Shown: piece after piece, positions 1 to 13,300 of the stretch | How positions within the stretch are numbered: position 1 is the first letter of the stretch | Layout: each line of letters opens with the position of its first letter | NCBI GenBank assembly: GCA_050084515.1 | Contig: CM114271.1 | Span: 26,102,001-26,166,000, forward strand | DNA length: 64,000 nucleotides | From: Blasia pusilla | Taxonomy: Eukaryota | Direction: 5' to 3' | Made by a program: the position numbers and the translations under genes | Notes under the pieces: generated by a model | The model's database searches: none | The model's input: the letters and a program-made list of their open reading frames with translations, nothing else | What the model was told of the DNA's origin: nothing

Positions 1-1980
1 TGAATCTGGAGCAAGTTGTACGTCCGCTTCACCCCAAAGTGACCCAACTCCTCCTAGGCATGTTGCACTAGTTGTGCTCTCTGCAAAGGATGCGGCATTA
101 CGCGTACTCTGCCATCCTCCCAAACCCTCAAAACATGTGTCCCCTCCCAACGGAACTGTCTGGCCCGCTGTAGGATCCGATCCCGCACTCTAGCACTCAC
201 GGTGCTCGCAACGTTGCTAGTACGAAGGTACTCCGAGACTACTCCATCATCATGAATATCTCGGCCACTTGTCATCTCCTCACTTGCCTCGGGATCCAAG
301 GACTCTCCACTAGACCTCGCCATCAAAGTCTCCACACTCTGGCTCTCCATAGCCAACATGCCTAAATAGGCTGATGCGTGCCATCATGACACTAACTCCT
401 CATCACTCTCTCCATGCCATCGAGCTCTAGTTGCATCTCGCTGACTCGGGCATAGGTTAAGACTCAACCCATCTGCATCCTGGTTGAGCGTCCCAGGTCT
501 ATGTACCACGTGAAAATCATACTCCTGCAATAACAGAGCCTATCTCGCAAGCTTCCTTGTAAGCTTTTCGGACTCCATCAACCACTTCAATGGTTGATGA
601 TAAGTGATGATGATAAACGGGTTGCCGAATAAGTAACACCTGAAATGCGCGATAGCCCACACTGCAGCCAAGCACTCACCCTCATACGAATTGTACTTCA
701 CCTCTGTAGCGTTGTTGGAGCGGCTAGCGTAAGCCACCATGAACTCTCTACCCTCATCATCATGCTAGATGAGCATCGCTCCAAGCCCCAACATGCTCCA
801 ATATGTTTCCCAGGTCTATGCACCACATGGAAATCAAACTCCTTCAACAACAGAGCTCACCTCGCAAGCTTCCATATAAGCTTGTCGGACTCCATCAACC
901 ACTTAAGTGGCTCATGATCAGAAATAATGGTAAAGGGGTTGCCAAATAAACAACATCTGAAATACGCGATAGCCCACAATGCAGCCAAGCACTCATCCTC
1001 ATACGAGTTATACTTTGCCTCTGCAGCGTTGTTTGAGCGACTAGCGTAAGCCACTACAAACTCTCTACCCTCATCGTCATGCTGGGTGAGCATGGCTCCA
1101 AGCCCCAACATGCTCCAATCTATATGCAATTGGAAAGGATGACCCTTGATCGGTCTGCTCAATATGGGCGCGAACGTCAATCTATCCTTCAGCAAGTGAA
1201 ATGCTCTCTCCTACTCATCCCCCAATGCCACTCCTGATCTACCTTGGTCAGCAAGGTTAGCGGCTTTGCAATCAAACTAAAATGATCGGTCATCCACGAC
1301 AATGGTAAACCGTGTGGGCCAGCCTAGGATGGCACTACCCACATTTGTGAGTTTTCCCTCATCACATGCCTACAGGGAAGGTGGTCCCGGGCTTGTATGG
1401 GATTCTCATGAGCGACAGTTGGTGGAGCCTAACGCTGATGAGAAAGGACGCCCCCTAATCGGCCTCCTCAAGATGGGCGCGGACGTCAACCTGTCCTTGA
1501 GCAACTGAAATGCTTTCTCTTGCTCATCCCCCCAATGCCACTCGTGATCCACCTTGGTAAGCAAGGTTAGCGGCTTCGCAATCAAATTGAATCCCTTGAT
1601 GTACCGCCGATAGAAGTTCGCCAATCCCATGAATGCCCGAACACGACTCACATCTGTAGGGCGTGGAATGCGTGAGATAGCCTCTACCTTGGTCTGCTAA
1701 ACACCAAGGCCCCTTGGGTATATCGTATGACCCAAGTACTCAATCTGGTCATAGAAGAACTTGCACTTGCCTGGATGTAGCTTCAGCCCATGTAATTGCA
1801 ATCGTTGAAACACCTCCTCTAGATGTCGCTCATGCTCCTCAATCGTGGCGCTAAAGACTACAATGTCATCAATATAATACCTAGCAAAATCCCGACCAGC
1901 CAAGATCCTATCCATGACCCTCTGAAACTCAGCCGGGGCGTTCTTTAATCCAAATGGTAAGAACGACCACTTGGACAAAC
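1..1980 (-). mobile_element. Decayed Ty3/Gypsy pol fragment (RT C-half, RNase H with internal tandem duplications, start of integrase)
   Basis: ORFs give LPFGLKNAPAEFQR...YYIDDIVVF...LHPGKC (RT), LHIDWSMLGLGAML...YEGECLA...HQPLKW (RNase H, repeated) and integrase-proximal WEGTHVLRVWEDGRVR...VQHA. Collinear with the element at 35700-37030. Many stops and frameshifts. Confidence 0.9.
1283..1443 (+). repeat. Inverted ~160-bp filler copied from the methyltransferase C-terminal region of the Gypsy-DNMT family
   Basis: Near-identical by eye to 34612-34761 (VNRVGQPRMALPTFVSFPSSHAYREGG...VEPNADE), in opposite orientation to the surrounding pol. Confidence 0.85.
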
Positions 1981-4900
1981 TCCCCGCATAACCTTCTACT
2001 CACTGATGACTTCTGATGCCTTGGAGAGCAACAACAATGGTACCTGCTCTGAATGATGAGAGACAACAAAAATTGAGCAGAAAGTCACCTGAGTGATGCC
2101 CTTGAGAACCTCATCTTCATTGGTTTCATACTCCTCCAATTCTTTCCCAATCACTTTCTCGATCTCATGAACAAGCTCCACGTCATACTACAAGCAGTGA
2201 GAGTAGTTTTTAGACGTCATTTAAGAAGTTCCACTTTAATTGAGTATCATTCCTTTGCATTGTAATCTTTCCTTTCAGTCTATTTTGCTACCTTTTGTAT
2301 AACTCTCTAACATGCCTCCACTAAAACTCTTCATGGTACATGTAGAACTAAGGCAAGTTTCTTGGGGTCGCACGCATCTAAATGATTGCAAAGTTCAAGC
2401 AGAGACAAAAATTGGCATGAGAGTGTAATTGAGTTTGAGTGCCATAGTAAGATATCTTTTGAAAATGTGCAAAACATGGTGTGGCGGAGACAAAAATTTC
2501 CAGAACTAAGCGTTTGAGTATGATGTTGTTGCAAGGCATTTTTGAAAATGTGCAAAGGGTAATTGAAGTAGAGCAATTGAGTATCATATAAGGTCTATTG
2601 TCACTAGGTAAAAGATAGAGTAAGACTCTATTCTCAATAGTCACATAACATAAATTGAATCTAAGCTAACTACACAGACAACTTTGGACTAGTTTGTATG
2701 TGAGCCCGTCCCTATGGAGTCCGCCGCCAAAGGTCCCACTTGTCATAGGCCCAACGGTCCTATAATTTCATCCACTGTCTCTACCGATATCTGCCGTTTG
2801 GTTGCATTGGGGTTTAAAAAAATGACATGCTGTAGTCCGTCTATTTCCCAAGGATTGTCTCTGATACTTCTGTGCCATAACTTTCAGGTCGCACATGGAC
2901 CAAAGACCCACCTAGGGTCTGTGAAATCATAGCCGGAGATGGTACCTCCGAAGGACCCAACCACCATGGAATTGCTCCATGGGGACCTACCCTTAGAGGA
3001 TATATGTCCTTTGCAAAATCACAATAACGAATTCTTGCCTCGCTTAAAGGCTTTTTGGTGGACTTAATCTCAGTATACGGATCTTGGTATAGCCGATTTT
3101 ACTCTAGTTAAGAATTAAGCAAGTTATTGAGAACTTCTATCTCAATAGATGGATTGAACACTTGCTCCTCAACACTATGAACAACCGATGAATTTTCGTG
3201 ATGTTGACCAACCAAGCCAGATGTTGAGCGATTTGTGTCATCTTGATATGACACATCTACGTCGATGTAGGTAACTCCTAAATTAGCAACAAAACTTGAA
3301 TGGGATGTATCAGCTTGTGTAGTGGAATGGTCCACGTTTTGATGGATGTCGAGCACGTAGATCTATTCTTTGAAAGCACAAACTTTAATTAGCATTATTT
3401 TTGCTATTAAATGTAAATTAATGTAACAATTGTATCAAACTTGGAGCAATAAAACAAGAGTAAATAAAAGTGCCTTAACATTTGAGTCAGAATCAGATTA
3501 TCGTTAGCACGAAGGTGAATAGAAACTTGACTTGTAGTTATTAAGCACGACAAAAACTTGCCCAGAACGTGCATGGATAGATCGCATGTAATAACATAGT
3601 AAATACACTTATTTCTTTCCTATTATAGCTCATAGAGATGTAATGGGAAAGAGAATGTAAGAAATAATGAATACATCATCCAACAAGTGTAGAAGATATG
3701 ATAGAATGCTCAAGGTTCTCCATAGATAAGTAAATAGTGAAAACTATACACTTATTTCAAGTGTATGCATTGCAGTATCATGGTTTAAAAAAAATAGATG
3801 GTATGCCTAAAAATGTATGGAAAGCATATGTCAATAGAAAAAAGCATCATGGTGATATTCACAAGTGGGCGGGTATCTTGTAGAAAACATTGTCAAATTG
3901 TTAGAAGAAATTGGACAATCACTCATTTGAATCATATGAGATGTATGTAGTTCACTCTCTGTACAGAAGCTATATCCATGATCAAACGCTCTCAAGTCGC
4001 TTTACTGAAATCTGCACAAATTATACATTGTGAGCTCTCCAAGACTCCCTCTCAAGCATAAAGCCGCGTGCACCGAATGACCAAGGAAACCTAACATGGC
4101 CTTAACTAAATAGCAACGAATATATGTACCATATCACGGGGACCAATGTATGGACCATAACACAGGGGCCTCGTTTGGTGCAATAGGCATGGTTGGAGCT
4201 TCAGCTAGGCTTTGTGAAGTCTAAGGAAAAGAAGAGGTAGTGACCTATGCATTGGTGGTTCCACAAGTTGATGAGACAATGATAATGTCATCAAAGTCAG
4301 GAAACAAAGTAGGTTGGTGATGATTGTATAAGTCAATTGGAAGTCAAATAAACTCAGGAAACTACCCATCATCACGTGCTACTTTCATATGTTCAAGAAA
4401 ATGAGTTTCTTTGACCAATTATAAGCAACGTTGCATGTGGAAAAAGTTTGTGTTCGTGGACATGTCCATGTCCGTGGACTTATGTCCGTCTTATGGAAGG
4501 ACTTGTTCGTATGGGCCCCATCTTTCCTATCTTTCTCATTCACCTTACTTGCCTTCGTGTTCCATACTCCCCCATTTCTTTCTCCCTCTACCTCCACTCC
4601 CTCCTCATTCATTACTCCTCTCATCCTTGCATTGTCTTCCATCATGGACTGAAAGTGTGGGTCCCACCTCTTGGAACCTATGTCCGTGGACATGTCTAGA
4701 CTTGTCCGTCCATGTCCGTCCTAAGGAAGGACTTGTCCATTTTTGTGCAACCATGATGATAAGTCAAGGAGCATGGCAATTGGCAAATGTATCTCATGTC
4801 TAAGTGTTCAAAGCTGATCCAAACGTATTCTTTCCGAAATAAGGTTGAAGAGCCTTGTGGCATCTTTCTTTCTTAGGGAGGATTCCTTGATATTTCTGAA

Positions 4901-5749
4901 GCGCAAGGCTTCCTTCTAGATTCTTGCAACAAGAATGGATCAAATAGCCGGCCGCTTAGAGTAGGTTATTATTTACATGAAAGTATAAATGGAAGAGAAT
5001 AAAAATTTGAATTTAAAAGAAGATGTTTGCCGACCTGATGCTCCTCCATCTTTGTGAATCGTGCAGAATTTGGAGTCCCACATCTGCCCGTGGCTAATGA
5101 AGTTATGAATGTGACGGCCACTGATACCATGCTCCCAAAAAGCTGGCATCACTCCTAAATTATCTAAATATGTCATCTGATTTTTTGTGGGAGTGATGTA
5201 TCAGGACCTACTCTCTTCCTATAATATATTAATGTTGTGCAAAATCATATTGGCAAAATCCAATGAGTCCACAAGAATATGATGAAAGTATGTTAGTTTA
5301 AAGTATGCAAGTCAATAATTTTTAAAGTAGAAGCAAAGAAATGTAAGACAAAAAGCCTAAGGTGAAGAGAGGCCTTGCTTATTTATTAATGTGGATATTT
5401 AAGCTGCAGGGAAGGAGCATGGGTTTGTCTCATGCTCATGTAGAGGAAGGGCTGCCCCTTTCTAAGAAGCTTGAACTCGAGCATGACTCTAAGATGATGT
5501 CCTTCCTCCTCTTCCTCTTGTTGAGTTGGCGCGAGAGTTCATAGTCACTAACAGGAAAACAAAGTGAATGAACTATTGATTTGCTATAAATTGGAATTAA
5601 ATACATTAAAATCTCGAGGTTCCAAATCGCCAAATACTCTAAGTTGATGCCTAATTTTAATTTGTGATAGCATAATATAAACAAGACCAATGGCAAAAAT
5701 TGACCTAATTACTAACAAGCAATGTTTAGATATAGTTGCACCTAACTCT

Positions 5750-7405
5750 TATGAACAATCATAACATAACCAAGTATAGGTAGATTTTTTTAAAATGTAT
5801 TTCCGGTTGGAGTCATATCTTAGAGTTGCAAACTTTGTCCCAATTATTATGATGGCCTTACCATTGGATAGAATAGTTACTATAATGCTTGCTAGTTCAT
5901 TGCCCTCGAAGATAAGCTCTTTTACCTTTGCTAGGGATCCATTGGCAACTTGTGCCTTTAAATTGATGTTTGATGTTAACATCACAATAGAATGAACAAC
6001 AATGAAAGGAAATTGATTAAATGCGGTCGCGAGGTATTGAATTCAAGTGTTGGAGGTGCATTTGATTTGACACTAACACTCATAAGACTATTTGGGGAAG
6101 CTTTGATTGATCGCCATATGGATGTAGGTAACCTAGAGGCGACATCTCATTTAGATGCTTGGCTATAACCTGAAGTAACTTTGGTGTTAATATAGAGGAT
6201 TCATCTATTACTATCACTTGGGAAGCTTTGAGTCTTAGCTAATTGTTAGATGCAACATGCATGCAAGATAAATCACCTTTAATAGGTATCGGAAATCTAG
6301 ATTGTATTGTTGTTGCATCAGGGTGTAGCCATACAACAACAATACCAATTGTGGCTATTAAAAGTGATGATATTTTTTTTACATCAAATATTCAGACATG
6401 AAGGTTATAAAGTAGGTCTTACCATATCCAAAAGGTCCTTTCAAAAGTACAAGGCCAGATTTTATACTGATCAATTTCTAAAATAGCTCTTGCTGGTCTA
6501 AATTGAGAGTATTGACATCATGCTCATTTGAATCATCCACATGTATCGATCTAAAGTTTCTTCAGTGATATATGTAGTGAACTACCTAAGAAAGATATAT
6601 TACTGCTATTTGCATTGAAGTTAAAGCAACATCAATTGAGGACATAAATTTGTTGAGGACTACACTCAGAATTAGCTTAAGCTTATTCTTATTTAGTCCT
6701 CCAAGTGTTAGACATTTAGTTGTCTTTATATCTATGTCTAGTGCTCATGTTGGCTCTCATTTCAAGGCGTATTTTAGAAAATGAAAGGACCAATCAGTTT
6801 TGGTCACTTGTTGTATGTTCATGTGAGCTCCCCAAAGAAGTAACACAAGTGGATGGTAAGCTATTATGTGTCAATGCTTTATTGATGGTCCATAGTGATT
6901 CCACCTTATAGAGGTGGGATCAATAAATAGAACCGTATTCAACTTGGGAGATGCTTGAAAACCAAGACGGAAATAAGGTTTCAAATTTTTTTCCTTATTA
7001 TATAGAACCCATCTTTGCTTTTTACCCCATCTTATCCCATCTAGTGTAACTATTTTTCAAGACATTGCAATAAGGTGTCAAATAAACTAAATGATTGTCT
7101 TGTAGAACATGTATTTAGATTCTCTTTTATTGTTGATGGAATATGTGTGCAAATATGAGAAGTTATTTGATTTACATTTGAAGGTTCTATCCAAAGTATC
7201 ATGAGGTAATAGAGGCTACCTCTACATTGCAATTCATGGCGAAGTAAATAGTTGTTCACTTGACCAGGTAGACATGGACCAATAAATATAAGTCAAGACA
7301 TAAAGGAATGTATCCTGGAGTGAAATAGTTGAGCGCACTCAGCAAGGGCATCTCGCCATGTGAATGTTTGGTTGAACTTTTGTAGTGGGCAATCAATATC
7401 ATTGA
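5750..7405 (-). mobile_element. Helitron RepHel remnant (PIF1-type helicase and upstream Rep region), heavily degraded
   Basis: Minus-strand motifs read by hand: Walker A-like GPFGYGKTY (~6413-6440), Walker B-like IVIDESSI (~6190-6215), MLTSNINLKAQVANGSLAKV (5749-5985 ORF, PIF1-like), and FTWRDALAECAQLFHSR (~7310-7365). Confidence 0.7.
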
Positions 7406-7988
7406 TGTCATGCGAATCCACATCGTCATACAACATACATCGCTGACATACCATACTCACATACATACATAACATAGACGAGAGCATCCACAAACAGAAG
7501 TGTACCACAACTGAAATCCGTGAAAGACCTACTGTCATAAAACACGTATAGAATCACATACAATCGAGCCAAACCCACTCCACGATGGGAGAATCTAGGT
7601 CAAAGCTTGCGGGAAACACCATAGCCAAGAACTCTACTCACTACCAAGGCTAACTCCCTACGCAACAAGCTCAACTCAAAGAACTGACTGTTGTTTGGGT
7701 GCACTCCACACTATATCCTCCAACCTAAGAGCGGGCCCTAATGGGAAAGTTACCCCCAACTGAGTAACCCCCAACCCTATGTATGAAACCGCATCTCTAC
7801 CTAGCCACTACGGTCCTACATAAGGTATGGCCTCTACTAGCACACTATACTGTACGACATAATCCGTATGGTCATGAGAGTTGTCGTGCAAATCCACATC
7901 GTCATACAACATACATCGTTGACATATCATACTCACATACATACATAACATAGACGAGAGCATCCTTAAACATAAGTGTACCACAACT
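7406..7988 (-). repeat. 3' terminal repeat region of element 1: 107-bp direct repeat A (7406-7512, 7882-7988) flanking segment B (7513-7881)
   Basis: The two A copies align with a few substitutions. On minus, the purine tract AGGGGGGCGAG immediately precedes TGTGGTACAC of the first A. The start of B recurs at 29921-29944 and 38007-38080. Confidence 0.8.
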
Positions 7989-8165
7989 CGCCCCCCTAAC
8001 TGGTGGTTAGGTCCCTCTAACTCCCAAGTAGCCCTATACATCTACTACATGCTATGCTATACACCTTCGTGGGTGCACGAATCAGAAGGCCGGGTGCTAG
8101 GTTGCCCCATCGTTAGTCGCACATCTGTAATCCATATCATGCAAAGATCAAGTCATCTACCTCTC

Positions 8166-8306
8166 CTAAATACATCGAGGACAAACCCACCTTCCAATAG
8201 GAACAACATCCATCCGTGGAGTCAAACACATCATGTGCCAACCCCTAGAACACCGATCACATACCAACATACAGGCTGCGTTACCAACAGACCCACACAA
8301 CATGCA
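8166..8306 (-). other. PHD finger at the C-terminus of the Gypsy integrase (not in ORF track)
   Basis: Manual translation: CMLCGSVGNAACMLVCDRCSRGWHMMCLTPRMDVVPIGRWVCPRCI*, a C4-H-C3 pattern with CDxC, HxxC and WxCxxC spacing. Confidence 0.9.
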
Positions 8307-9362
8307 CCTCAAGCTAGCACGTATTATGGCTCAACAGTACCATCCACATTTGGAAGATGACATGGCGCACAATTACGCACATGGTCCTTCCAAAAAAATC
8401 CATCACGACCCTCCAACATGAGAACTCCAAAAGCTAACACCTCGCGCACTCGTAAAATAGTGCGGCCTGCCGTCACATCCAACGTTGTCGGTGCAATCTG
8501 CTGCAAATAGACATAGTCCCCCACATGGAACCTACGAATCGATGGTCGATAACCTCCACCTCGAATGGTTGCTTCGATTGGAGGTTTGCGTAACCAATCG
8601 CATCAAAGATCTCCTTAGGGGTGGGCATGGCATACCTATCGGACTTTGTCTGCCGATTGATAGGTCAATAATCCCCACACATCCGCCTATCCATCCAATT
8701 CCCATGCACATCCTTCTTGGCGGGCATGACAGTGGCAGATGCATACTCCCCATACGACATCTCCACTAGTCCTACTCTGACCAAGTCCTGACTCCTACTT
8801 TGAATCAGAGCCCTCTCCATATCACTATACCTGTAGGGTTGTCGGAAGATTGGCGTATCACTCGACAACTCAATGCGGATCCCCGGTCCCTTCAACGTAC
8901 CCAGATCCTCCATGCTAAATGCAAAGCAGCTCCTATAACTCTTGAGGAACTGATGTATCCGGCGCCGCTCTCCTCCTATCAACTTAGGGCCCATATTTGG
9001 CTCCCAAGTCTCCATCGTGACTACGGTAGGACTCTCCGGCGCGGGTATCGGTGGTTGCTATGGTGCAACCCTGTCTCGAACAACAACACTCGGCCACTCT
9101 CCTGCAGCCAACTGCAAACTCTGATCTCCTCCACATGCAGTGCTCGGAACCATGCTCGATGCTGTGGCTATCATCTCCTGGCGTACCTGCAAAACATCCC
9201 AAGAAGTCCAAGGGTGTCTCTCCCGATCTCCCCTGGTGGGTAGATCTCCTCGGGTCTTGCCCCCAACCACTTCCTCCACCGTCTTGGTAGGCATAGGGCT
9301 CACCAACGCAACTACTGTGATCTGTTGCGATCTCATACGGCGCTGGTCAGCCACTCCCAAGC

Positions 9363-10305
9363 TGAGGATCCATGTCAAGCAGTTCAGGTCCATCGCTTGA
9401 CCCAAGACATGGCATCGTGATGCCTTTGACACTGACGGTACTGCCGTCACTCATGTGGGAAATCCCATCGTTCACTCTCTCTCGTCGGCATTGGGCTCCA
9501 CCAACCGCTGAACCTGGTCATCCCAAACCAAGCTAGGACCGACCTCCTTGTATGCATAGGAAGCGGGGAAACTCACAAACGTGGGCAAGGGTGCCCGCGG
9601 TATGCCTACCCTGTTGACCATAGTCAATGGTGGTCGATCATCGTGTCTGACTGCCTGTGATCAACGACTTGGATTCAGAATGGAATCCACTAACAAATGG
9701 GAGGGGCGCTCCACTCTCGCATACGCCCTACGTAACACCGCATGGGGCACCAAGTTGGTCCACCATAGACGCGGGCGATGGGCTCTAGAACCTACACTCG
9801 CCGCATCCAAGAACACTTCTGGGTCGACCCAAGCATGCACCTGATGAGCACTTGTCACCACCCGTAACGTGCAGTCTCCTAAGATCAGCACATTCTCCAG
9901 GATATAGGCTGGAGAACGAGACTAGTGCTCCTGAAATTGCCGTAAGATCCTCAAAATCTCCCCAAACAACCTAGACCGAGTGTTAGCCAACCCGTTGCCT
10001 CGTCCAACACTCGATTGGCCCTTACATGGCCAACCGGCAATGACCAAATCAATGGCCCCTACCCGCTCTAAGTCCTGCGCCCCCAACAACGAAATATCCC
10101 TCGGTAGGGAACTCTGGTATCCCTCTACCGCGGACGTAGACAATAAGTCGGGAAAACGTAGGCGTAATTGCGCCACATGTCGTAGTGAGACGCGCCTTGC
10201 AAAATCATCACTCTCCACATACAAGTACTGCTGTACTCGCTCTCTTTCCTGCAAAATAGCAGCTAATCGGGTGCTAATCCCTCCAAAGAGATCTAACACT
10301 CGAAT
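9363..10305 (-). pseudogene. DNMT3-like C5 cytosine methyltransferase domain within Gypsy pol (copy 1)
   Basis: Motif I VLDLFGGI, II YVESD, IV AGWPCKG (PC at 10024-10029), VI YILENV (~9890-9907), VIII AHRPRLWWTN, X VLGQAMD. ORF pieces 9922-10326, 9661-9891, 9058-9450 and the RT piece 8665-9015 share one reading frame, interrupted by stops. Confidence 0.9.
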
Positions 10306-13300
10306 ACCTCCTCTGGGGTACACCACACAATGGGTGTGGTATCCAAGGGTGTCATCGTAGCACTCCCTGCTACCTCGGGTTCCTCATACTTGCCTCGCTC
10401 CACGTGGTCTGCACGTGCTCATCTGCCAATCGTCGAAGCTCCTCAGTCGAGCCCCACAGTGGCACCTCTCCTCCACGGAATAATGCGGCTACCATAACAC
10501 TCCTCTCCATAGAAATGTCAGGTTCGGGAGTATCCTTTGCATTGACATGTCCCTCAATCAAATCACTAGGCCAAGTGATGGCACTGCTAAATGCTATTAA
10601 GGTCGCCATCTCTTCTGGTCGTTGCTCGATCACTTCACCTGTGAATCGAATGGGTAATGAGCTAAGGCGCCCATCACCTGAGTGCCATCCTAGTCTGTAG
10701 GATGCTGAATCCTCCCAATAATCCAGGGCAAACCCCATCGGGTATAACACTGCTCCACCAACCAAGACGTCGTAGGACTGTGCATCAATCACTATCACCT
10801 TGGCTCGCACCACGGACTCATCTGTAGGATGTCCCGGGAAAATCCTCACCACGACAACCTGTCGGGTGATATACTATGTGGTACTCGCTCCACCCAAGGA
10901 TGTCTCTATCTGGAATGGACAACATTCCACATCGGCTCTCGTCAAGCCCAATCCTCTGAATCACGCTTTCCCCAACATCAGGGGTTGCGCTCTTGAATCC
11001 AACAAGACGCGCTGTGGACTAGGAGCTCTACCTCCGAGACTGTGGAAGACCTCTCCTCGATTATCCAACAACACAACACGAGGAGAAGCCATGGCACGCT
11101 CTATCGCGGGTCTAGCGGGCTTCTCCGCAATCCTAGCAGCCGCAGCCTGCCATGAATTTGACATGGACGGTCCGAGCATCCGCTCCAAGGGCAGGTCCAT
11201 CACCTCCTCTGCAATCACCTTTGAACGTGATGCAAGAACTCCAACCCCATGCTCACATAGCGTAGCGGCTAGCCGAAAAGCCTTGGAAGGCGTACCCCCC
11301 AACGTCATAACATCGGAAGGAGAAAATAAAGGAGCGCGGTAGACAATGGTGGCCGCTCCCAACAACATGCTTGACACATGCCTCTCCTGAGCATCAACAA
11401 TAGGAGTCGTTGCACTCGCTTCTCTCATCGCCCTGCGTACCTGCACACCAATAACATCACCAACTCTCCAGGAACTCTGATCAAGATCCATCAATAGGGT
11501 CCTCATTGCCTCGGACAACGTGAAAGACTAAGGAAGCCTAGTCTGTTTCCTGGCTTCGCCTCGCTGTGGATCCAACTCTGCAGCTGCTCCACGCGTCACA
11601 ACTCCGGGTGCCTCCATCTGGGCAATCCTGCACATCCAACCAGGATCCTCCATATCTCTGGCTGCTCCATATGATGTCGATGCCACAGATCCGGAATCGT
11701 GTAATCTCAATGCCATAGCGGCAATCTGCTCATGTGGCTGATGTATCTGAGCAGCCATCCTAGCCTCACGCCCGACATCTCCCTCGACGCGTCTAGGTGG
11801 TGGGACTCTACCTCCTCCACGGGCAGCTCCACCACCATGTCAAGAAACTCCAGCTCCTCGTCCCCCAATGGGACCACCTGGTGCACGATCTCTAGGCCCA
11901 CCTGGACTGGCTACTCGCTCTGGTGCCCTCTCTGACCCTCGGTCCGGACGTAACTTAGGAGGTAAACTGAAATACCTGGTGTGTGTATGACCATACCTCT
12001 GACAATAGTCACACTAATAAAATCCTAGTGCAGCATCATCTCCTCCTCCATGCTGAGGCACACGTCCATGACCTAGACGAGTGCAATCGCGCTGATGATG
12101 GGCTCCACCACATGACCAACAAGTGATAGTAGGCGGCTGCTGCTGAGCCGCATATGAAGGGGCAGGTCTCAGTGGCACGGCCTCCCGGTATCCTCCCTAA
12201 GCTCGTGGTGCCACAGTCGACCTATTTCGGAGTCCACGTTGCTGTATAAGTGGTGCAGACAATCGCAACTGCTCTTGCCCAGAACCCATAGTGGCTACGC
12301 TCTCCTTTGCCATGTTGCGCTCAATATTCTCGGCGGTTCTAAAAACATCTCTCAACGTAGGGGAGGTGTTCATAAGAAGCATCCCCTCCTGCACCCGTGT
12401 CCATAGGGTCCGGTCCAACATCGCGTACCATGACTGGATAGCATGAGCCTCTGTCACCCCCTGAGTGACGTTGATCAACCGGCGCAAGCGAGTGTAAGCC
12501 TCATGCAAACTCTCACGCAGGCGCCTCTGCAAGTCGTGGATGCTCCGCAAATTCTCCCTCCGTACCCCCTGGTAGCTCGCCCTCAACTCAGCAAAGAACT
12601 CAACCACAAGGTTGAACCTGGGACGAACCCGACTACACGGTGCAACTGCTCCCATGCGAGTGACCCCTCCTAAACATCACAAGTGGAAGAGGAAGTAGCC
12701 TCTCCTGACTCCTCCTCCTCATCTGGGAATGGCTCCGTCCATGACACATAATGTGGGTCATAGTAGAGCCTCCACGCCTCGATCTCACGTGCATATCTCT
12801 AACAGAACTCATGGTAATCGTCCATGGGCGCCCCCTCTAAATGCTAGAACATACCGTTCCATGTTGTAAATGGGTTGAACTCTCTAGAGTTCTTGGCCCG
12901 CTGGGAGTCGCACCAAATCCTAAACTCTGCTATGAAATCGTGCAACTCAATCGTACCTATTGCACCTAAAAACCTACGCGGTCCTCTACCTCCGTCGTCC
13001 ATCTCGTACGCTCAACTGGTAGGACCACTCACAATGTGTGGTGATGTGCTCACAAACTCCTCTACACCCTCCCCCTTGTCTGACGATGACACAAAAGGAG
13101 GTCGAGGTGGTCCCTCACGTGGAGATCCTCGGAGCCTCGTGCCACTCCGCGTAAAACCTCTAGAGCTACTCTTGGGTTCACCACCTCGCCTCTCAAAGTC
13201 CCGAACGGACGCCGTGATGACCCTCGTGCCCCTCTCACCCGATCACTCTCGCCTCGAAAGTAATCCCTCAATCACTCATCCCAAACATGTGGCACTCGAT

